A stretch of 64,000 nt of DNA, from NCBI RefSeq assembly GCF_004010195.1, contig NC_057719.1, positions 50,386,302-50,450,301 of the forward strand, read 5' to 3'. Under the pieces are notes generated by a model. It was not told the DNA's origin, ran no database searches, and worked only from the letters and a program-made list of their open reading frames with translations. Below are positions 39,251 to 51,404 of this stretch, in pieces. The translations under genes and the position numbers were made by a program. Source of the stretch: Chiloscyllium plagiosum. Its lineage: Eukaryota. The stretch's first letter is position 1. The number at the start of each line of letters is the position of its first letter.

Positions 39251-40439
39251 ACACCTGAGAGAATGGTGCAGGAAGAGGAAGAGACATTCTTGTAAGTAAT
39301 TCTCTCATTAGGCTAAACCAGGCAAGCGCAATCTCACATCTGGATGGTGATGGTAGGATTAACCGTGTCATGGGCTGTAGGGAGGTCAAAAAAGAATAGA
39401 TTATCTTTTGTCACAGTCATATGCCATTTATGACTTCCATGAGAAAACAGTGACAGTATTTTGGTCCTGCGTGTTGGGGGGGGGGGGGGAGGAAACGTGG
39501 AAAGATTCAAACACTATGTTATGGGAAACGGAGATACGGATTTGGGAGGTGACAACGACTTTCCAAAACAACATAAATTTACATTTGAAGCAAGTCTGCC
39601 CTACAATTCATAGCCTATTGTTTTGTTAAAGTGGATGTGTTTTAGTGAGCTTATCCCATTGGTATCACCTACAATAAATGAAAGCTGGAATGGGGCAACC
39701 CCAGGATTTACTGGAATGATCCTTTGAGGTGCAGATGACCAGGTTTGTCAGCTGGGACATTTACGGATTCAGTCAGATAACCAACCATCCTTTCTCCTCG
39801 TTAGCCTGTTCCCATGATCTCACCAGCTTCCCTCCCTGGTGCTGCAGTCAAGTATATGAACGTAAGAAATAGAAGTAGAAAATTCTGCCTTTGGGTCTGC
39901 TTTGCCATTCAATAGGATCACGTATAATCTGTTTGTTTTGGGTTCCGCATTCCTATCTACACGTGATGGCTGTGATTTCCTTGCCAGCAAGTTTTGTATC
40001 CGCTTGTCTCTTAAAAATATTCAGTGATCCCACTTTTGCGACAAAGGTTTCCAAACGCGTATAAATCTCTTGGAGAAAAAATATCTAACCACTGGCCTAA
40101 CCTGTAGAAACTCTTGATATCCTTATTTTCACATTTGTAACCAGCGCTCTTTCATATTTTTAACTATTCTGCCAATTAGCTTTTCAAGTCATTTTCTGTC
40201 TTTTTTCACATTCAGACTATTTATCTGACCTGCCACTCTGGCCTTTGCATAGTCATATGTTTCAACTTGTTGGACTATAACCTGTATTTTTTTCAGTTTG
40301 ATGATTTCCTTCACTTTAGTGAAGGACACATAGTGAGGCTCTCTCTAAAACACTGAGCAAAGTGCAGCTCTCCCTTTAAAACTTTCAACCAAAGTCATCA
40401 TTCTACTTCAGAGAGTTGGTCACCCTAATTCTGGATGAA

Positions 40440-40630
40440 TCGCAGAGCTTCTGACGAGTAACGACGCTTCCATATTTTAATCATTGTTCCAGTGAAAAAG
40501 ATGGCGGCTCTCTACCCGTCACACTCGTTGCCAGCATCTGGCGGAGGAAGTTGATCATGAGGGTATGGAGTTGCACTTCCGGATTGTCTGACGGGCTGGC
40601 GCCGGGAGCTGGAACTGGCAGCGGTTGGGA
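40440..40630 (+). promoter_or_regulatory. CpG-rich promoter/5' UTR of the TOMM20-family gene with YY1 motif (AAGATGGCGGC, 40498-40508) and ETS/GABP motif (CACTTCCGG, 40574-40582)
   Basis: Local CpG enrichment ~40440-40960; exact consensus motifs typical of housekeeping and nuclear-encoded mitochondrial gene promoters. Confidence 0.75.
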
Positions 40631-40757
40631 ATGCTGCTGGTCGGTAAAACAGGGGCCATCGTGGCCGGGGTCTTTGGAGCAGCCTTCATCGGTTATTGTA
40701 TATATTTTGACAGGAAAAGAAGAAGCGCCCCAGATTTCCGAGCAAAGTTGCGCGAAA
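40631..40757 (+). CDS. TOMM20: TOMM20-family mitochondrial import receptor, exon 1 (MLLVGKTGAIVAGVFGAAFIGYCIYFDRKRRSAPDFRAKLRE)
   Basis: Signal-anchor plus signature FIGYCIYFDRKRR; donor A|gtaagt. Synteny suggests it is the TOMM20L-position paralogue. Confidence 0.95.
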
Positions 40758-41932
40758 GTAAGTGTTGCTCTCGGGCCTCGCTCACCGTCTCCCAGTTACC
40801 AGCGACAGGCACATGCAGGTGTTTGTGTCCTGTTAACCAACACTCAACCCCATTGCAATTAGGATGGAGCCTGCTGAGACATGCTCAATTACAGGAGTAA
40901 ATGTAATTTATTTAGCATGAGAGACACCCCTCGTGGGCCCCGGCATCGTTCCCTCAAAGTTGATTTTCCAGCATCGATGATCTTGCTAAATTACAGGAGG
41001 GTGCAGCTTCTTTAAAGAGCCGTGGGTCAGAACTGGAATAAAAGCATCTTCATTGCAGCACAATCTGCCTTATAACGTGAGTTTCGGCTGGTTTTAAAAC
41101 TGTTTTGTCTAAATATTTATTCTTGGGGCTACCTGATTTGCTGAGTGTTTCCAGCGTTTATTTCAGGTTTGCAGTAGTTCGTTTAAACATTGGTTGAGAA
41201 TGCAATTATTCTGGTGGTGGAGTGTGTTATCACGAAGGTAACAACTTAATGAACGCAGTCTGCTCACAGACTGGATAAAATACCACGGACGTTTGTGGTT
41301 GTTATCGTTTAATCGAATTTGGTTGAGTTAGAGCTAACCCACAGCTCGTATCCATTTGAAACAAAACTTTGGCCATAACTCAGTCCTTGTAATGTTGGTG
41401 TCCCTTGTGTGCTTTCATGCCACACTGGACAAATCCTAATTAAATATAGATTTTGGGATCCAAGAATGACTGACATTGTACAGGATTTGACTTTATAATG
41501 AGTTGTGTGAAAGTACATTTTCCATAAATAAAAATAACGTCTCGTTTCCAGTCTCAGCTGCTTTTTAAGTCCCCCACTCACCCACTTTAGCCAGTGGTGT
41601 TTGGTGTTCGATAGTTGAGAAGATCAGATAAAATCCTAAAAGTCTTACTCCTTAAAAACTTTGTTCATCACTTTAGGTTGTTTTATTATGTACTTGAAGA
41701 GTAACTTGTCAACTTCTGTTTTCCTCCTGTCTTTACTTGTTACTATTTTTCTTTTTTCTGTCTGCTCAAGAATGGAAGTTGTGAATGTGCAACCTCCTGC
41801 AATGCACAGTAACCTATAGCGTAATTGTGTTCTGTCATTATTGAAGTTTAACAGGAAACAAGACAATAGTTGGAATTTAGATAGTGTTTTTATTAACTTT
41901 TATTGGGCAGTTGAATTCAGTTTAAAAACTGA

Positions 41933-42157
41933 GGTTTACATCAGAGCGCCTCGGAACACTTCAACCCCAGGGCATCAATGTGGACTTCACGAGTTTCCTC
42001 ATTTCTCCCTCATCCTGTCTCTATTCCTGATGAAGGGCTTTTGCCCGAAACGTCGATTTTCCTGCTCCTCGGATGCTGCCTGACCTGCTGTGCTTTTCCA
42101 GCACTACTCTGATCTAAACTCTGGTTTCCAGCATCTGCAGTCCTCACTTTTGCCTAG
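41933..42157 (+). mobile_element. PLE fragment: ORF terminus plus pLTR with hammerhead (core 42027-42054); 17-bp TSD
   Basis: Encodes LGTLQPQGINVDFTSFL; TTCAGTTTAAAAAC(T/C)GA at 41916-41932 and 42158-42174. Confidence 0.88.
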
Positions 42158-43189
42158 TTCAGTTTAAAAACCGATAGTATAACCTGTAAATTGACATTGA
42201 TAATGCCTTTTACCATCTCTAAAGTAAAACCGCTCAGTGTTTTGGCAGGACTGAAGTTTCATGATTGCAATAAATATTTTCTTGTAACATGTTATTTTGG
42301 ATTATTTTATTAATATTGGAGAGACATTAAAATAAGCTTAATTAGATTTTACTCAAAGAATTTGTATGAATTTAATCTCAACTTGGGATCTCTTAATGGA
42401 AAAAAATAGTGTTATCTCTGCTTTATAAATGTTTCACTGTTAGATATACATTTTGACAGTTTTAATTTGAAGTATTTTGTATACGCATGAGTTCCATGCA
42501 AATAATTATTTTCAAGTCATGGTTATCAGTAAACTTTTAAAATATAAATTATGTGCAAAATCAATAGTGAAAACAAGTTGATAATTATAAATTCCAGATC
42601 AACAAAGACTAAAATACTGAAGTTAGACCTTGGTTTTTTTGATTTGACATGACCTATTTTCCATTTAATATTTTGCTCAGCTAGAAATTGAATGCCTGTC
42701 AAATATAATAAAACAAACATTTTTTCAACTGTGATTATAATGTGAAATGAAACTTTACAGTCTATTATGTGCATCAAAATAAACTTTATTTACATGCATA
42801 CTGTGTATTATTTAAACAGTAGTTTCATAATGAAACATTCTGTTTTTAGCTGACCATTTTAACGATTATGAGAACGAAATGTTTGGATGGTTTGAATTAC
42901 TGCAGGAGTCAAAAAGCAACCAGGTTCCCTTACCAATAAAAGGGAAAGATCTAGATGAGAAAGATCGTCCTTTTATAGATACGAGTAATTGAATATTTCC
43001 TAAGTGGTTCTGCTGCAATTATTCCTTGATTTTTGAAATTAAATTTGTAAAGCAAGGTCACAAGGTTATTTTTGTATTTTATGAGAAAAGAGCAAGTTCG
43101 TTTGCTTCCTGTTCTTTAAGCACATAAAATTAGTGATGCTGTAATGGCAAGTATAACTGCATTTGTATTCACTCACAGGCTTATGCACT

Positions 43190-45130
43190 TCACTGGTTGA
43201 ACCAGCATTTATTACCCAAACCCATTTGCCCTTGAGAATGTGGTGGTGAGCTGCTGCCTTGAACTGCTGCAGTTCATTTCATGTTGCTGCATCCAAAATG
43301 CTTTTAGGGAGGGTGTTCGGGATTTAAACCCAGCAACATTGAAGGAACTGCGATATATTTCCAAATCTGTGTAACGAGTGACTTGGAATTCAAGTTGCAA
43401 GTGGTGAAATTCCCATGTATTTAATGCCCTTGCTCTTTTAGATGGTAGCATTTGTGGTTGCTGATTAGGGAGCTTTAGTGAATTTCTGTAGTGCATCTTT
43501 TCTATAGTACACACGGCTCCTACTGAACTGAGCTGTTGTGAATGCTTGTGGATGTGGTGCCACTTTAGCAGACTGCTTTGTTCTGGATTAGATTAGATTA
43601 GATTACAGTGTGGAAACAGGCCCTTCGGCCCAACAAGTCCACACCGACCCGCCGAAGCGAAACCCACCCATACCCCTACATTTACCCCTTATCTAACACT
43701 ACGGGCAATTTAGTATGGCCAATTCACCTGACCCTGCACATCTTTGGACTGTGGGAGGAAACCGGAGCACCCGGAGGAAACCCACGCAGACACGGGGAGA
43801 ACGTGCAAACTCCACACAGTCAGTCGCCTGAGGCGGGAATTGAACCCGGGTCTCTGGCGCTGTGAGGCAGCAGTGCTAACCACTGTGCCACCGTGCCGCC
43901 CACCCATCAAGCTGCTTTTGTTGTTGGTGCTGCACCATCCAACCAAAAAGTGGTGAATTTTTCATCACACTCCTGACTTGTGCCTTGTATATAGTGGACA
44001 GGTTTTGGGGAGTCTGGAGGTGAGTTCGCCACTGCAAGATTCTAAGCCTCTGACTGGTCCTTCTACTCAGTGCTTATATGACTCGTCCAGTTCAGTTTCT
44101 GGTCAAGGGTAACTACCAGGATATTGATAGTGATGCCATTCATTAAGTGTCAAGATGCAATGGTTATTGAAGATGGTCATGAGCCAGTTCTTGTGTGGCA
44201 CAAGTATTACTTGCCACTTGTTGGCCTAGGTTTTGATCTTGTCCAGGTCTTGATGCATTTGAACATGGAGTGCTTCAGTTTCTGAGGAGTTGTGAATGGT
44301 CCTGTACGTTGTGCAGTCATCTGCGGACATCCTCACTTCTGACCTTGATAAGCAGCTGAAAATAATTGAGGCCAGATAAAGAAACTTGAGCAGAGATATC
44401 CTGGAGCTGAGGTGACTGAGCCCCCAATTATCTTAGTTTATGCAAGGTGTGACACTATCCAGTAGAGAGTTTTGCTCCTGATTCCTGTTTATTCTGGTTT
44501 TCCGACAACTTCTTTTTAGGATGCTCAGTCAAATAAGCCTTGATTTCAAGGACAGTCACCTCATCCCCAGAATTCAGCTCTTTGGTCCATGTGTGTATCA
44601 AAGTTGTTAAGTCAGAAGCAGAGTGGCCCTGGAGGCACACAAATTGAATGTCACTGAGCAGGTTATTGCTAAGCTAGTGCTGTTTGACAGCACTTTTAAT
44701 TATACCTTCCATCACTTTACTGATTCAAGAGTAGACTGATGGTAATTGACTGGGTTGAATTTGTCCTGCTTTTTATGCACAGGGCATAACTGAGGAGATT
44801 TCTACATTGCTGGTGAGATGCCAGTGTTGTAGGTATACTGAACTGCTTGGTCGGGGTGCTGCAAGTTCTGAATTGCACGTTTTCAGTATAATTGCTGGAA
44901 TGTTGACAGAATCCATAGCATTTTTCAATATGCACTGCTTCTGACTATTTCTTGATATCACATGAAGTGAATCAAATTGGCATCTGTGATGCTGCAGACC
45001 TCTTGAAGAGGTCAAGATGGGTCATCCATTGTTACTACTGGCTGATTATTGTTGTGAAAATATCAGTCTTATCTGCCTTGAACTGATGTGATGGTTCCCC
45101 TCTTGAGGATAGGGTTAATTTTGGAGCCTC
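43190..45130 (-). mobile_element. Old CR1/L2-group LINE whose 3' tail is shared with the Deu-domain SINE; interrupted by a SINE
   Basis: Tail rc GCTCACCACCACATTCTCAAGGGCAA...AATAAATGCTGG; RT relics (MSADDC); same tail at ~53030-53120. Confidence 0.65.
43586..43901 (-). mobile_element. Young full-length HE1-type V-SINE
   Basis: A box TGGCACAGTGG, B box GGTTCAATTCC, V-domain, (AATCT)n tail; CpGs retained. Confidence 0.95.
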
Positions 45131-45329
45131 AATTGTTAACTGATGTAAAATGATAACAGTTAATTTAAAATTCTGGTGAATGAACCTTAATCAATGTTCC
45201 TTGTTTTTCAGTGACTTAATAAGAAAGTGCCTTTGATGTCATTGTAACTGTGTGTTCTGCCTTCAATTCAGAAATTGAATTTTATACATCCATGATTTTA
45301 AATGAGTATATTTATTCTTAAAATTGTAG

Positions 45330-45379
45330 GAAGAAGAAAACAGAAGAAACAGGATAAAGAAAATGATTCTATTGGGAAG
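45330..45379 (+). CDS. TOMM20: TOMM20-family exon 2 (RRRKQKKQDKENDSIGK)
   Basis: tgtag| acceptor, AAG|gtaaga donor; phase 1 to 0 joins exons 1 and 3 in frame; basic linker like TOMM20 RRKKQK. Confidence 0.9.
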
Positions 45380-45779
45380 GTAAGATTGACTGTGCATATT
45401 AATGTTCTGTATTGTACTGTTTAATGTTTTGTGAACTGTGGGGGAAGCAGTTATTTGGACCAGGAATGTTTCCAGGTTCAATCCGTAGTCTCTGCTCAGT
45501 TATCCAAACTCACCTAAAGTCTGTAGGAACATGCTGATATTAATATCAGTGTTTTGTGTTTAAAAAGTGGGTAAGGGCGGATGGAAGGAAAATCGATCAT
45601 TGTTCTCGTTTCACGCTGGTATCCACTGATTCTGCTGTAAAGAATGCCTGCTGATGCACCTTCATTTATGAAGAATGATCAGGAATAAATCTAACAGACC
45701 ATTCAGGAATTATGGGAAGAAAGTTAGTTGAAGAAAGAAATTTTGTTGACACATGTTTTGACAGCAGTTGCCAAGGCAA

Positions 45780-47750
45780 ACAATAGACAATAGGTGCAGG
45801 AGCCTGCACCACCATCAATATGATCATGGCTGATCATCCTTAATCAGTATCCTGTTCCTGCCTTATCTCCATTACCCTTGATTCCATAATCCTTGAGAGA
45901 TCTATCCAACTCTTTCTTAAATGAATCCAGAGACTGGGCCTCCACTGCCCTCTGGGGCAGAGCATTCCACACAGCCACCACTCTCTGGGTGAAGAGCTTT
46001 CTCCTCATCTCTGTCCTAAGTGGTGTACCCCGTATTTTTAAGCTGTCCGTATTTTTAAGCTGTCCTCTGGTTCGGCACTCACCCATCAGCGGAAACATGT
46101 TTCCTGCCTCCAGAGTGTCCAATCCCTTAATAATCTTATATGTCTCAATCAGATCCCCTCTCAGTCAAGGGTATACAAGCCCAGTCGCTCCAGTCTTTCA
46201 GTGTAAGGTAATCCTGCCATTCCAGGAATTGACCTCGTGAACCTACGCTGCACTCCCTCAATAGCCAGAATGTCTTTCATCAAATTTGGAGACCAGAACT
46301 GAATGCAGTACTCCAGGTGTGGTCTCACCAGGGCCCTGTACAGCTGCAGAAGAACCTCTTTGCTTCTATACTCCCTCTTGTTATGAAGGCCAGCATGCTA
46401 TTAGCCTGCTTCACTAGCTGCTGTACCTGCATGCTTACCTTCATTGACTGGTGTACAAGAACACCCAGATCTCTCTGTACTGCCCCTTTACCTAAATTGA
46501 TTCCATTTAGGTAGTAATCTGCCTTCCTGTTCTTGCCACCAAAGTGGATAACCATACACTTATCCACATTAAACTGCATCTTCCATGCATCTGACCACTC
46601 ACCGAACTTGTCCAGGTCACCCTGTAATCTCCTAACATCCTCATCACATTTCACCCTGCCACCCAGCTTAGTATCATCAGCAAATATGCTAATGTTATTA
46701 CTAATGCCATCTTCTATATCATTAACATTTATTGTAAAAAGCTGCGGTCCCAGTACTGATCCCTGCGGTACCCCACTGGTCACTGCTTGCCATTCCGAAA
46801 TGGAGCCGTTTATCACTACTTTGTTATCTATCAGCCAACCAACTTTCAATCCAAGTTAGTACTTTGCCCCCAGTACCATGCGCCCTAATTTTGCTCACTA
46901 ACCTCCTGTGTGGGACTTTATCAAAAGCTTTCTGAAAGTCCAGGTACACTACATCTACTGGATCACCCTCATCCATCTTCAGCAAATAATCACCTTTGCA
47001 TCCACGATTTCTCGAGCTACCTCTTCAGTACCCTGGGATGTAGACCATCAGGCTCCGGGGACTTATCAACCTTCAGACCTAACAGTCTCTCCAATACGAA
47101 TTCCTGGCAAATATAAATTCCGTTAGGTTCAGGTCGTTCAGCCACTGTTACCTCAGGGAGATTGCTTGTGTCTTCCCCAGTGAACACAGATCTGAAGTAC
47201 CAATTCAATTCTTCCGCCATTTCTTTGTTCCCCGTAATATATTCCCCTGTTTCTGTCTTCAAGGGCCCAATTTTAGTCTTAACCATTTTCTTGCCTTTCA
47301 CATACTTAAAAAAACTTTTACTATCCTCCTTTATTATTGGCCAGTTTACCTTCGTACCTCATTTTTTCTCTGAATATATTTCCTTCTTAGTAATCCTCTG
47401 TTGTTCTTTAAAAGCTTGCCAGTCCTCCGTTTTCCCACTTATCTTTGCTATGTTATACTTTTTCTCTTTTAACTTTGTTTCTTAACTTCCCTCGTCAGCC
47501 ACGGCCACCCATGCCGCCTCCTAGGATCTTTCTTCCTTTTTGGAATGAACTGATCCTGCATCTTCTGCATTATGCACAGAAATATCCGCCATTGTTCCTC
47601 CACTGTCATCCCTGCTAAGGTAATGCACCACTGAACTTTGGCCAGCTCCTCCCTCATAGCTCCATAGTTACCTTTATACAACAGAAATATTTTCACTTCC
47701 GATTGTACCCTCTCCCCCTCAAATTGCTGATTGAAGCTTATTGTATTATG
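45780..47750 (-). mobile_element. CR1 LINE (second subfamily), 5'-truncated
   Basis: ORF 46325..46849 [10 protein letters not shown]...FADDTKLGG; KSPEPDGLHPRVLK; WNALPQRAVEA. Confidence 0.93.
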
Positions 47751-48082
47751 TTGGAGTGCACACATCCTAGGAGTAATACTTTCCAAAATCTATTAGTAAT
47801 CCACAGAATTAACAATCAATTTTAATGCCATATTCACTTAATAACAAGAGGAACTTTGGTACTAGATCTTAGTTTTATGTCTTGTGAATGTCAGGTGGAC
47901 CTAAACCTGCCTTGACTGAAAGTAAAGAAAAAGGTGAAATTTGTTCAAGTTTTCATAATGTTTGTCCTGAGTAAAATTAGCAATAATTTTGTGTTCAGAT
48001 CTTAACTACTTTGATTATTTTGAAGCCAAATGTTAACAAATTTCTGTTTCTGTCGTGAATAAGATCATTGCCAAAGTTCGAG

Positions 48083-48300
48083 AGTGGGTTTCTTCCGGGT
48101 GCTCCGGTTTCCTCCCACAATCCAAAAATGTGCAGGTTAGGTGAACTGGCCATGCTAAATTGCCCGTAGCCTTAGGTGAAGGGGTAAATGTGGGGGAATG
48201 GGTCTGGGTGGGTTGCACTTCGGTGGGTCGGTGTGGACTTGTTGGGCCGAAGGGCCTGTTTCCACACTAATCTAATCTGAATAATCTGAATCTGAATCTG
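48083..48300 (+). mobile_element. 5'-truncated HE1-type V-SINE
   Basis: V-domain 3' half and aatct/aatctg tail. Confidence 0.88.
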
Positions 48301-49198
48301 AAGAACAATTCTCAGTTGTGGTGCTAAATGACAGATTGCTGAGATGTACTAACTATTTTTCATTCTTTCTCTTTGTTTATATTAAAATATAGGAGACATA
48401 ATTAAATTCCATGAACTTATTCCTTGGTGAACATAAACAACGCATGCGATTATTTTGCATAAAATTAATGCAGCAGTTTTAACATGTACATGGCTTTGCT
48501 TTAGACGGGACTAGATGCTGAATTTGTGAATGATTTGGTCAGTGCTTGCCATTGACTTTGAGGAAGGCTGGCCAGAGAAAAGTAGTGGTCTCTGGGCTTG
48601 GTGATCCTTTCTCTGGACAGCAGTTTAAATCTAGCACCAAGCCCAATGGATGTCTTGACATATGGAGCAATGATACCAGTAAGCAGATGAGGAGCCAGTC
48701 ACATTGAAGCATTCACACTGAGTAAGCCAGAACATAACAAAAATAAAATTCAACCTACACATTTAAATTTTTGCATACCGAAATAAATGAATAACCTTAG
48801 TTCAAAAGAGGAACTAAAATAAGAGCAAATTTTTGAAAACGAAGAAAAAAATTTGGTCTGATTCATCATTAGGGAGAAATTTGATATTGCACAAATACGA
48901 AATTAGATTTTCAGGGGCATTCATGAGAGTTTAGCAGTAACCATGAATTTAGTACACTGTTAAAATGTCAATTACATCTCATTCAACAACTGTAATGTTC
49001 TCAAGGACTTTTTACAGCAAGACTCAGCATAATGATGGAACTTCTTGTAAATTTATTTGATTTCTGTGAAATGTTGTGGGGGTACAATTCCTCAACAGTC
49101 TATCATCTAGAAATGTATAGAATCACTGACAGAAACTTGAGTTCAGCGTTATCTGTGCATTTAAGGACTCCCAAGTTTTGTCATCAGTTTCAAGGGAG

Positions 49199-49287
49199 CT
49201 GAAAATGTGTTGCTGGAAAAGCGCAGCAGGTCAGGCAGCATCCAGGGAACAGGAGAATCGACGTTTCGGGCATAAGCCCTTCTTCAG
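49199..49287 (-). mobile_element. Hammerhead-headed PLE mini-insertion; perfect 15-bp TSD
   Basis: rc CTGAAGAAGGGCTTATGCCCGAAACGTC; TCAGTTTCAAGGGAG at 49184-49198 and 49284-49298. Confidence 0.88.
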
Positions 49288-50371
49288 TTTCAAGGGAGTA
49301 ATGGTAAACACTAACCAGGATTCTGCTGTGATAATGGCTGAATTTGTTTTTAATGTTCTCATTTCTAACATTGTCAGCAGAAAAAAAAGAGTTCATAAGA
49401 TTAATAAAGCGTTTTGTCATAGTGTAAGACTTTAAAGGAGGTTCTGGTGACTGTGTTGAGACAAGATCCATGTGACTGCAGCTAAAAACAGAAGACATTG
49501 GTATAATTCTCAAGCATTGCAGGGCACTAAATACTGGGTATTCTAAACTACTTTGAGTAGTTTGAGTACTTTGATTCTAAACTACATTTCTAAACCAGAA
49601 ATGAAAGAGGCATTGGTAATATTCTGGAAAATTAACTGGGGCAAAAAACGGATATGAGAGGAGGAGAACAATTTTGAAACTGTGACAACAAAATTATTGG
49701 ATTCAGTGTTAGAATCGAGAAAGATAATAAATATTAAACATGAAGTGTGGACTGGAAAAGTTTAAAATTTAACCCGTTATGAAGAAAGTTGATCCAAACG
49801 TATTGAGTAAAAAAAAAACCAAAGGTAATGGCTTCATTTTTCCAGATGGAAATGATTTCAGTCTCTATATCAAACAGGCAGTCGACAGGGTGTGGAGGGA
49901 TAATGCACTATGGTTGCCATCAGGGGAAGACATTCATTCCTTTGCCCAGAGTTCTTCTGGGGATGTGAAAAGAGCGTGTGATGAAATGGAAAGTTTGGGA
50001 GATGTGGGTGGAGGTCACAGATGTCAGGACACTTCAGGATCTTTTGAAAGGGTATTTGAGAAGTTAGAGATGATGGACAGGCTAAGCTGAATTGCATTAA
50101 AGGAGCAGGAAGATAATAGTTTTATAGACGAGCTCAAAGATTCTTGAGAAAACTCTGATCAGGTCATTCTGTTCAGAACCAGAAAAAGAGTTGAGGCAGG
50201 GATTGGATGATGTGGTTCATAGAGTAGTGTGAAAAGGATGGAAATGGTTGGATCCTGAGGGACAAATGTATGGAGATTGGAAGACAAGGTAGAGGTGAAG
50301 AAATGCGCACAACAAGGTGGCACACCCACCGTGGAGCTTTTTATAATGATGTATTTTAAAATTTTTTCATT

Positions 50372-50690
50372 GAATGTGGGCATGACCAACAAGGCCAGTA
50401 TTTATTGCTCATCCAGAGAGCAGTAAGAGTTAATCACATTACTGTGGATCAGGAGTCACAGGTAGGATAGACCAGTTAAGGGTGACAGATTTCCTCCCCT
50501 CAAGGATATTGGGGAACCAGATGGGTTCTACAATGTCCATCAATGTTTACATGGTTGTCATTAGGCCATCTTTTTACACCAGAATTTTACTGAATTCAAA
50601 TTTCACCATCTGTCGTGGTAGGATTCCAATCATGTAGAATATTAACCTGGAATTCTGGATTATGAGACCAGTGACCGTTTCACTACATTA
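50372..50690 (-). mobile_element. Deu-domain SINE (SacSINE1/AmnSINE1-related); more degraded copy at ~3240-3450
   Basis: rc AACCCATCTGGTTCCCCAATATCCTTGAGGGGAGGAAATCTGTCACCCTTAACTGGTCT...GTGACTCC resembles the Deu domain; tRNA-like head; LINE-derived tail. Confidence 0.7.
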
Positions 50691-51264
50691 CAGTTTCTGC
50701 TGAAGTAGACCAGAATAACAACAGCCTACAGTCATAAAATATGCACTTAGCAACAGTTATTATAATAGAAAAACAATTACTTTCATGATCAAAAATAGTT
50801 TTGCTCACAAAGCATGCTAGATAGTGTGAGATGTATTTTATGGTGGATTCATTAGTTTGTTGAACATACACAAAAAGAGAGAAGACCTTAAACACAACAT
50901 AACATCATAACCCCAATTGAATCTAACAAGCTTATTTCTTTTCCACAAATCAATCTCACACATCCTTCTCTACCCTATTCCTCTATCCTTTACTCTTTAA
51001 GTGCATCACATTTTTCTTGATCGAAATTGTCTGTTTGCTTCAGAGAACTTCTGTGTAACTGTCTTAACAGTTGTATTTGCCGTTCAATGAAAATGAAAAT
51101 GCTACATCAGTCTTCTTACTGGTTTCCTAATTTTTTAAACTTTCACCTCATTGTCTGATGAGATTCTTAAAATTTGATTTTAATGATTTTTTGAAAACAT
51201 TTGATGGGTTGAAGAAAAACAAGTATATACTTACATTTACATGGTGACTTACCATGTTCTCAAT

Positions 51265-51404
51265 GTTCCCTGATGAAGGGCTTTTGCCCGAAACGTCGAT
51301 TTTCCTGCTCCTCGGATGCTGCCTGACCTGCTGTGCTTTTCTAGTACCACTCTAATCTAGACTCTGGTTTCCAGCATCTGCAGTCCTTTTTTTACCTAGT
51401 TGAT
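51265..51404 (+). mobile_element. Hammerhead-headed PLE pLTR (core 51270-51297)
   Basis: First ~72 nt identical to the copy starting at 42027. Confidence 0.88.

Noticed and set aside
40758..45329. Intronic H/ACA snoRNA (SNORA14 is hosted by human TOMM20)
   Set aside because: No SNORA14-like sequence or convincing two-hairpin H/ACA fold recognised by eye; an Infernal scan would be needed
45430..45720. Structured ncRNA just downstream of exon 2
   Set aside because: The B-box-like GGTTCAATCC suggests an old tRNA-derived SINE; too degenerate to call
49690..50290. 103-aa ORF 49779..50090 as a gene
   Set aside because: No splice signals or recognisable domain; more likely a decayed L1-type remnant
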